Below, one piece after another: positions 18,164-24,000 of a DNA stretch of 24,000 nt (its first letter is position 1; the number at the start of each line of letters is the position of its first letter). The stretch comes from Chloroflexota bacterium. GTDB lineage: Bacteria > Chloroflexota > Limnocylindria > Limnocylindrales > CSP1-4. Below the pieces are notes generated by a model, which searched no databases, had not been told where the DNA came from, and saw nothing but the letters and a program-made list of their open reading frames with translations. The position numbers were made by a program, and so were the translations under genes. The stretch is from assembly GCA_041691435.1 (NCBI GenBank), contig JBEPUS010000001.1:5274-29273 (forward strand). The letters are read 5' to 3'.

Positions 18164-19384
18164 CTAGTCGTCGGTCGGAGCACTCGCCCGCAACGCCCGT
18201 CCGATCACGGCATCCGCCGTCGACCCTTGGACAAGCAGCGTGAACAGGACCACCCCGTACACGGTCGCGGCGATCAGCTCGCGATCCGGGAGATCGACGG
18301 GCAGCGACAGGACAAGGGCGACAGAAACGGCGCCGCGCAGGCCCGCCCAGAACAGGACGTGCAGCCACGCGACGGGTGCAATCGTGCGCCTTCCGCGGGC
18401 GATGAGCCGGCTGGCGCCACCGAGCACGACGTAGACCACCAGGGCCCGCGACACCAGCACTGCGGCGACTGCCCACGCGATGGCGCCGAGGTCGCCGACG
18501 AGTGCGTTGATGTCGATCACGAGCCCAATGAGCAAGAAGATCAACGCCGTGAGCACGAAAGCCAGCAACTCCCAGACGAGGTCGATGGATGCGGCGGCCC
18601 GCGGGCTCAGGCCATGGGCCCGGCCGTACGAACCAAGCGTGATCCCGGCCGCGGTCGTCGCGATCACGCCGGAGCCGTGCAGGGCGTCCGCGCCAAGGTA
18701 AGCGCCATAGGCGAGCACGAGCGAGATCGTGAGCTCCACCAGGTAGTCGTCTGTCAGGCGGAGAACGCGGGTTGCAATCCAGCCTGCGGCACCGCCCAGG
18801 AGAGTGCTCCCCGCGACCACGAGCACGAACCGGACGAAGCCCTCGGCGATCGAACCCGAACCGGCCGTCGCGGCGATGACGATCGAAAAGATGACGATCC
18901 CGGTACCGTCGTTGAGCAGGCTCTCGGCCTCGACCGCCGTCGACAGCCGCCGAGGCGTGGAGAGTCTCCTGAACGTCGAGATGACGGCCGCGGGGTCAGT
19001 GGCTGCCACCATCGCCCCGACGATAAAGGCCGACGCGATGGCCAGTCCGGTCGCGACGTGCAGGACGACGGCCACGACAGTCGCCACGATGAGGACACCC
19101 GGAATCGCCAGGAAAAGCACGCCGACCAGCGCCGGGCGGAGCTCGACGACATCGATCCGGAACGCCGCTTCGAAGATCAATCCCGGCAGCAGGACCGCAA
19201 GCACCAGGTTGGGCGTGATCAGGACGCCCAAGCCCGGGCGGACGAGCGCGACCCCGAGGCCGAGCAGCACGAGACCGACCGTGTAGGGCACGCGAATTCG
19301 ATCCGTCACCATGGCAACGACGACGGCCGCCCCGAGAAGGGCGACAACGGCGCGGATCGCACTCAGGGCGAGGTCGTCCGTCAT
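18164..19384 (-). CDS. Cation:proton antiporter (CPA1/NhaP-like)
   Basis: 406 aa polytopic protein. GLIFEAAFRID, GAMVAATDPAAVISTFR, RLSTAVEAESLLNDGTGIVIF and FWAGLRGAVSVALVLSLP are Na+/H+ exchanger motifs. Confidence 0.95.
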   Translation of the reverse strand: MTDDLALSAIRAVVALLGAAVVVAMVTDRIRVPYTVGLVLLGLGVALVRPGLGVLITPNLVLAVLLPGLIFEAAFRIDVVELRPALVGVLFLAIPGVLIVATVVAVVLHVATGLAIASAFIVGAMVAATDPAAVISTFRRLSTPRRLSTAVEAESLLNDGTGIVIFSIVIAATAGSGSIAEGFVRFVLVVAGSTLLGGAAGWIATRVLRLTDDYLVELTISLVLAYGAYLGADALHGSGVIATTAAGITLGSYGRAHGLSPRAAASIDLVWELLAFVLTALIFLLIGLVIDINALVGDLGAIAWAVAAVLVSRALVVYVVLGGASRLIARGRRTIAPVAWLHVLFWAGLRGAVSVALVLSLPVDLPDRELIAATVYGVVLFTLLVQGSTADAVIGRALRASAPTDD

Positions 19385-19442
19385 GGCGCCGAGTATGAGC
19401 GGTGAGGGTTGCCGGACGCGTCGCGACGACGCCCGGGGAATC

Positions 19443-19480
19443 GATGCAGGGCGGGCGCCGATCGGCGCCCGCCCTGCATC
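19443..19480. repeat. 38-bp perfect palindrome (terminator- or attenuator-like hairpin)
   Basis: GATGCAGGGCGGGCGCC-GATC-GGCGCCCGCCCTGCATC, between the pilin stop (19494) and the antiporter start (19384). No T tract. Confidence 0.85.
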
Positions 19481-19493
19481 CGGTGCGGCGAGA

Positions 19494-19673
19494 CTAGACG
19501 CTGTGGCCGACGTTGCTCAGGATCTTGGAGACCTGCCCGCCCAGGAAAATCAAGGCGATGATGGCGACGATCGCGATCAGTGCGAGGATGAGGGCATATT
19601 CAGCGAGACCCTGGCCTCGATCGGTCGGCCAAATTCGAGGCATGCTAGCGACGATCCGGTTGATACGGTCCAT
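19494..19673 (-). CDS. Flp/Fap-type (type IVb) pilin-like protein, orphan
   Basis: MDRINRIVASMPRIWPTDRGQGLAEYALILALIAIVAIIALIFLGGQVSKILSNVGHSV. RGQGLAEYALILALIAIVAI is the class III prepilin/Flp N-terminal signature. TGGAG precedes the ATG by 6 nt. Confidence 0.88.
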   Translation of the reverse strand: MDRINRIVASMPRIWPTDRGQGLAEYALILALIAIVAIIALIFLGGQVSKILSNVGHSV

Positions 19674-19700
19674 ACCACGCTCCAGATGAATGAAGGTAGA

Positions 19701-19723
19701 GACAAATACTTGTCTCATGACAA
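19701..19723. promoter_or_regulatory. Compound inverted repeat box 2 (GACAA-ATAC-TTGTC-TCAT-GACAA)
   Basis: Three alternating half-sites, each separated by 4 nt, between divergent pilin and MarR genes. Includes a 7-4-7 palindrome GAGACAA-ATAC-TTGTCTC (19699..19716). Confidence 0.75.
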
Positions 19724-19756
19724 TGACCTGACGAGTATCGCCGATCGGACGGCGGA

Positions 19757-20194
19757 ATGACAGACGCCGATAGTCCTGTTCTCGATCTGCTCGATCGGCT
19801 GTCCATTGAACTCGTCGCGATCACGAACCGAGCGATTGCCGAGGGCGGCGTGCTTGACCTGTCCTTCCCCCAGTGGCGGCTGTTGGCGGCACTTGGGGAC
19901 GCACCGCATGCGCTCCGGCTCCATGAAGTGGCCGAGCAGGTCAGCGCCTCGATGCCTTCGGCCAGCAGGCTCGTTCAGCGGATGGAACGCCGGGGTTTTG
20001 TCTCGAGCACCCGCGCCCCGAGCGACGGCCGAGGACGGGAGATTGCGCTGACCGCGCACGGCGAATCTGTCCGTGCGGGCGTCATCGGCCGGCGCCGAGC
20101 CCTGATCGCGGCGGGCATCGGCGAGCTCGCGGGAAACGCGAAGGTGCACCCGGACCTCGTGGCGATCGTGGAGCGCCTCGCACGTCGGAAGTGA
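19757..20194 (+). CDS. MarR family transcriptional regulator
   Basis: 145 aa. LSFPQWRLLAALGDAPHALRLHEVAEQVSASMPSASRLVQRMERRGFVSSTRAPSDGRGREIALTAHGE is a MarR winged-helix pattern. Confidence 0.93.
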   Translation: MTDADSPVLDLLDRLSIELVAITNRAIAEGGVLDLSFPQWRLLAALGDAPHALRLHEVAEQVSASMPSASRLVQRMERRGFVSSTRAPSDGRGREIALTAHGESVRAGVIGRRRALIAAGIGELAGNAKVHPDLVAIVERLARRK

Positions 20195-20197
20195 CGG

Positions 20198-20506
20198 TCA
20201 GGGCTTGGGCGTCTTGGTCGGCTTTGGCGTCTTGGTCGGCTTGGGCGTAGGCGTTGCCTTGGGAGTTGCCGTCGGCCTTGGCGTTGGACCGGTCGTCGCC
20301 GCGGGTCCGAACCCGGAGCTGACCGATGCCAACACAGTGCCGATGCCACCGCTCATGACGGTCATCGCCGAGATCGCCAGGACTGCGATCAGCGCGAGCA
20401 CGATTGCATACTCGGCCATGCTCTGGCCGGCTCGTGCTCGGCCACGTCGACACGCAGCGGCACCCGAACGACGAGGGCCCGGCGGGTGGATTGGTAGTTG
20501 TTGCAT
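20198..20506 (-). CDS. Second Flp-type pilin-like protein with Thr/Pro/Lys-rich C-terminal tail
   Basis: RARAGQSMAEYAIVLALIAVLAISAMTVMSGG followed by TPRPTATPKATPTPKPTKTPKPTKTPKP. Confidence 0.75.
   Translation of the reverse strand: MQQLPIHPPGPRRSGAAACRRGRARAGQSMAEYAIVLALIAVLAISAMTVMSGGIGTVLASVSSGFGPAATTGPTPRPTATPKATPTPKPTKTPKPTKTPKP
20202..20237. repeat. Two near-identical 18-bp tandem units in the pilin tail
   Basis: GGCTTGGGCGTCTTGGTC then GGCTTTGGCGTCTTGGTC, encoding repeats of TKTPKP on the reverse strand. Confidence 0.8.
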
Positions 20507-20511
20507 GACAA
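20498..20511. promoter_or_regulatory. Inverted repeat box 3 (TTGTTGCATGACAA), overlapping the start codon of pilin 2
   Basis: TTGTT-GCAT-GACAA, one mismatch from the TTGTC-N4-GACAA box. Flanking G/C extends the arms to 6 bp. Confidence 0.55.
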
Positions 20512-20542
20512 CCAGATCATGCGATGGGACGACGCGGTGGGT

Positions 20543-22609
20543 CTATAGGACTTTCGGCGGGGAGACCGTCAGCGGCGGCTCCAGTTCCGTGTCTGGGAGT
20601 GTCGTGGCCGCCAGGAGTGAATCGAGCTCGGCGCGCCCGCTGGGCACGGCAAAGAGCGCTAGCCGGTCGCCGACGAGGAGCGTGAGGTCACCGCGCGGAA
20701 CGATCACCCGATCGCCGCGTTCCACCGACACGAGGAGCGTGTCACGTGGCCAGGGCGCGCTGGCTACAGTCTCGCCGGCCAGCCGCGAGCCCGCTCGAAT
20801 CTCCGCTTCAACCAGCTGACCCGTCGGCCCCACGGAGCGGATCCCTCGGACGTTGCTTGCCAGCGCACTGCGATAGGCGCTCATGACGTCGCCGCTCGAG
20901 AGAATCCCGACCAGTCGATCGCCCGCGACCACTGGAATCCAGCTCCGATGCTGGTCCGTGAGCGCGCCGAGTGCCTCGACCATCGGATCGTCGGCGGACA
21001 CGATGCGATCGTCCAGACGCTGGTCCCCGACGGTCTCGTCACCGTCCGCCGCCCGGAGATCGGTGAGCTCGATCGATCCCTGGAAACGCCCGGTCCTGTC
21101 GACGACCGGCGCACCCGGCAGGTCTGCCGCGCTCAACCGACTGATGGCGGTCGCGATGGTATCTGAAGGGTGGAGCGTGAGACGCGCCGCCCGGGCGGCA
21201 GCCCCGGCCCCGATCGAAGCCATCAGCGGCAGCGCTCCGCGGAACCGATGGGCAGGCGAGTCCGCCCGGCTGCGGAGCTGCTCTGAGTAGATTGAGCGGT
21301 CGCCGACGATCAGGGTCGCGATGCCGATCGCCAGCATGGCTGGAGCCAGCATTGCGAGGCTGTCGGTCATCTCCGCGACCATCAGCATGACAGCAAGGGG
21401 CGCGTGGGCGACGCTTCCGAAGAGGGCCATCATCGCAACGATCACGAACGGCGATGGATCGATGGGCAGCCCCGGGGCGATTGGCTCCAGGAGTCGCCAG
21501 ATCCCAGCCCCAAGCAGTCCGCCAATGACCATCCCCGGGCCGAAGACGCCGCCCGAACCGCCCGAGCCGATCGACAGCGAAGTGGCCAGGATTCGCGCGA
21601 ACGGCAGGGCCAGGACGACCCATAACGGCAGCCCGAGCAGGGTCGTCCGATCGAGCCCGGCCTGGACCCATCCGTAGCCGGTCCCCAGGACCCCAGGGAG
21701 GGCGAGCCCGATAGCCCCGACCACGATCCCGGCCAGCGCCGGCCGGAGCATGCGCGGCATCGACCAACCGCCGATCCAGCGGGTGAACCCATAGAAGCTC
21801 GCGATGTACAACCGACCGACCAGTCCGCAGGCAAGTCCGATCAGCCCGTAATAGAACAGCTGGCGGGCATCGGTGAAGCCAGCTCCTGCCACCTGCCCGA
21901 AAATCGGCGCGAAGCCGAGGACCGCGCCAAAGATCGAAAATGCCACGATCGAGGCGACGAAGGCCGGCACGAGGGCGTCGGATTCGACGTCTTCCCGGTA
22001 CGGAATCTCCGCCGCCAGAACCGCCCCCCCGAGCGGTGCCCGGAAGATCGCACCGATGCCCGCGCCCATCCCGCAGCTGACGGCGATTCGGGCATCCCGC
22101 GCGTCGAGATCAAGGAGGCGGGCGAGGAACGATCCGAATCCGGCGCCGATCTGGGCCGTGGGACCCTCGCGCCCGCCCGATCCACCCGAGCCGATCGTGA
22201 TCGCGGATGCGACGAGCTTCACGAGTGGGATCCGCGTCCGGATGCCGCGAGGGTCATGGTGGATCGCCGCGATCGCAGCGTCGGTGCCGTGGCCCTCCGC
22301 TTCTGGTGCGAACCGGAAGACGATCACGCCGGCGATCAATCCTCCCAGACCCACGACGAGCGGGATCGCCCAGGGCCGGGCCGCCGAGGTGATCGGCGCG
22401 GATCCTTCGCCGAAGGGGGAGGCAGGCGTGAACCCAGCGAGGACGCCCAGCATGGCCCTGGTGGCCAGGTCGAGCGCTCCAAAGAAGACGATCGCCCCAA
22501 CGCCGCTGATCAGCCCGATCAAGGCACCGAGAATGATCCACTTGCGGAGGTAATCGGCCGATCGAATCTGTCTCCGAAGCCTCAGAAGGAGACCGTTGGC
22601 CGGGATCAA
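20543..22609 (-). CDS. ClC-type chloride channel/antiporter with CBS pair and C-terminal TrkA-C-like domain
   Basis: 688 aa. GSGGSGGREGPTAQIG and GSGGSGGVFGPGMVIGG selectivity/gating motifs. C-terminal region has VVDRTGRFQGSIELTDL and GDRLVGILSSGDVM (CBS), then VERGDRVIVPRGDLTLLVGDRLALF. Only in-frame start near the N-terminus is TTG. Confidence 0.94.
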   Translation of the reverse strand: MIPANGLLLRLRRQIRSADYLRKWIILGALIGLISGVGAIVFFGALDLATRAMLGVLAGFTPASPFGEGSAPITSAARPWAIPLVVGLGGLIAGVIVFRFAPEAEGHGTDAAIAAIHHDPRGIRTRIPLVKLVASAITIGSGGSGGREGPTAQIGAGFGSFLARLLDLDARDARIAVSCGMGAGIGAIFRAPLGGAVLAAEIPYREDVESDALVPAFVASIVAFSIFGAVLGFAPIFGQVAGAGFTDARQLFYYGLIGLACGLVGRLYIASFYGFTRWIGGWSMPRMLRPALAGIVVGAIGLALPGVLGTGYGWVQAGLDRTTLLGLPLWVVLALPFARILATSLSIGSGGSGGVFGPGMVIGGLLGAGIWRLLEPIAPGLPIDPSPFVIVAMMALFGSVAHAPLAVMLMVAEMTDSLAMLAPAMLAIGIATLIVGDRSIYSEQLRSRADSPAHRFRGALPLMASIGAGAAARAARLTLHPSDTIATAISRLSAADLPGAPVVDRTGRFQGSIELTDLRAADGDETVGDQRLDDRIVSADDPMVEALGALTDQHRSWIPVVAGDRLVGILSSGDVMSAYRSALASNVRGIRSVGPTGQLVEAEIRAGSRLAGETVASAPWPRDTLLVSVERGDRVIVPRGDLTLLVGDRLALFAVPSGRAELDSLLAATTLPDTELEPPLTVSPPKVL

Positions 22610-22628
22610 GTCGCGACCACATGGCTAG

Positions 22629-22642
22629 TTGTCATCAGACAA
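22629..22642. promoter_or_regulatory. Inverted repeat box 4 (TTGTCATCAGACAA)
   Basis: Perfect TTGTC-N4-GACAA about 20 nt upstream of the ClC gene start. Confidence 0.65.
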
Positions 22643-22756
22643 ATGGTAGAGGTTGATTGGTCAACTTGGCGTTGCCTCGCCGGAGTGATGTCGAGACATT
22701 CACTCGTTCCACGGCGAGATGGGACATCGGGCGCGGCGGGCCGGAGCTCGGTGCGC

Positions 22757-23791
22757 CTAAGGTCCGGACTGCCGCCGCTGGTCGCGCCACGTTGCGGGTG
22801 CGGCCGCGGTTGAGCGCTTGAACGCCCGGCTGAACGCCGCTTCGGACTCGTAGCCCACGTGCGCGGCGACTTCAGCCACGGTCACGTCGCCCTCGCTGAG
22901 CCGGCGCGCGGCGAGCTGCATGCGCCGCCCGGCCAGGTAGCGCATCGGTGGCTCACCCACGAGCCGGGTGAATCGCTCGGCCAGGGTGGTCCGCGAGGCA
23001 CCCGCTTCGCGGGCCAGGGCAGCCAGGGTCCACGGCTCGGCGAGACGCTCATGCAGCAGGGCCAGCGCTCGCCCAACCACCGGATCGCGCAGCCCACCCA
23101 TCCAGTCCGCGTCGGTTGGCAGTCGATCAGGAGCCGGGCTCGCCAAGTGGAGGCGAAGCGTCTCGATGAAAATCGATTCGCTCAGGCGTTCGCGCACCGA
23201 CGCGCCACCGGCGCCGTTCACCTCAGCCAGCGCCAGGTCCACCAGGTCGCGGAGCCGGCCGCTGGCCGCTCGAATGACGAGCATCGGTGGCAATGCCCGC
23301 AGCATCGGATCGAAAGGAGGCACGTCGCACCCCAGGAACCCGCACACGAAACGCGTCTGCTCGAGTCCATTGGGCGCAAGGCCCGAGTTCGGCGGGACCG
23401 CCCCGGACAAGAGGCTGGCGAGGAAGTCCACCATCTGGGTCGCGTCCGCGCTGCCCAGGCGGGGTCGCAGGTCCGGCGCCAGGAAATACGCATCGCCACG
23501 GGGGTAGACGACGACATCCCCGGCTTCCAGGCGCACAGCCGATCCGTCCTCCAGTCCGGTCCAGCACGTGCCTGCCACGAGGACGTGGTACGAGAGCACG
23601 ATCTGGGTGCTCGACCCCATGCCGCTCGACAGGGACGCGCCCTTCGGAACGCGAATCGCCGGCCAAAGGGAAGGGGCATCGACGGTGTAGTAGAGCGCGC
23701 GCGTGAACCGGACCGTCCGGAGTACGACCGAGAGGAGATCTTCCGCCACAAGAACCGGACGCTCCGGCACAAGGACCGGACGCTGGGTCAT
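22757..23791 (-). CDS. AraC family transcriptional regulator with N-terminal cupin-like ligand-binding domain
   Basis: VVGRALALLHERLAEPWTLAALAREAGASRTTLAERFTRLVGEPPMRYLAGRRMQLAARRLSEGDVTVAEVAAHVGYESEAAFSRAFKRSTAAAPATWR. N-terminal part matches the cupin_6 type. Confidence 0.93.
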   Translation of the reverse strand: MTQRPVLVPERPVLVAEDLLSVVLRTVRFTRALYYTVDAPSLWPAIRVPKGASLSSGMGSSTQIVLSYHVLVAGTCWTGLEDGSAVRLEAGDVVVYPRGDAYFLAPDLRPRLGSADATQMVDFLASLLSGAVPPNSGLAPNGLEQTRFVCGFLGCDVPPFDPMLRALPPMLVIRAASGRLRDLVDLALAEVNGAGGASVRERLSESIFIETLRLHLASPAPDRLPTDADWMGGLRDPVVGRALALLHERLAEPWTLAALAREAGASRTTLAERFTRLVGEPPMRYLAGRRMQLAARRLSEGDVTVAEVAAHVGYESEAAFSRAFKRSTAAAPATWRDQRRQSGP

Positions 23792-23825
23792 GTACGCCCC
23801 TCCGGGTCGACGATACCTTCAGGTC

Positions 23826-24000
23826 ATGAACAGTATGAACACGGCGCATGACGATCGGATCACGACAGGATCAGCGGAGGCCCAGGTCCGACGTCGCCTT
23901 GACGAGATCTGGACGACGGCGGCTGCGCGCGACTTCGCGAAGCTTGAGTCGTTCCACCTCTACGGACCGCTGTTCACGGAGTTCAAGGAGGGCCGCCCGC
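23826..24000 (+). CDS. NTF2-like/SnoaL-like protein, N-terminal part (runs off the window edge)
   Basis: MNSMNTAHDDRITTGSAEAQVRRRLDEIWTTAAARDFAKLESFHLYGPLFTEFKEGRP. LESFHLYGPxFTEFKxG resembles the NTF2-like family. Divergent from the AraC gene. Confidence 0.65.
   Translation, partial: MNSMNTAHDDRITTGSAEAQVRRRLDEIWTTAAARDFAKLESFHLYGPLFTEFKEGRP

Noticed and set aside
18125-19405. 426-aa forward-strand ORF opposite the antiporter
   Set aside because: Highly Asp/Arg/His-rich antisense shadow of a clear CPA1 gene.
20202-20310. Possible CRISPR or VNTR array
   Set aside because: Only two near-identical 18-bp in-frame units, with no spacers. It is coding low-complexity sequence of the pilin tail.

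Overview
High-GC chromosomal window with dense, mostly short-intergenic gene organisation, probably from an actinobacterium or Chloroflexota relative (inference only). Recognisable content, left to right: MoxR-type AAA ATPase (partial) plus PDZ-less trypsin/HtrA-like protease; a class III nucleotide cyclase/AAA/TPR protein coupled to a GNAT; a cupin; a two-gene uncharacterised cassette; tRNA-Thr(CGT); abutting remnants of a berberine-bridge-type oxidoreductase and a GlxA-type AraC regulator; L-arabinose isomerase; a YCII protein; an operon of small TM peptide, response regulator, histidine kinase and GT39-like transferase; a phosphoesterase; DinB; an ABC exporter; a CPA1-type Na+/H+ antiporter; two orphan Flp-type pilins around a MarR regulator; a ClC-type chloride transporter; and an AraC regulator divergent from an NTF2/SnoaL-like gene. 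No CRISPR array, IS element or known defence system was seen. The strongest unexplained signal is a shared inverted repeat, TTGTC-N4-GACAA (one copy TTGTT-N4-GACAA). It occurs four times in 4.5 kb (18118..22642), each time at the upstream edge of a gene: the ABC exporter, the MarR/Flp-pilin divergent region, the second Flp pilin, and the ClC transporter. This suggests a local, possibly MarR-controlled regulon linking orphan pilins with membrane transport.
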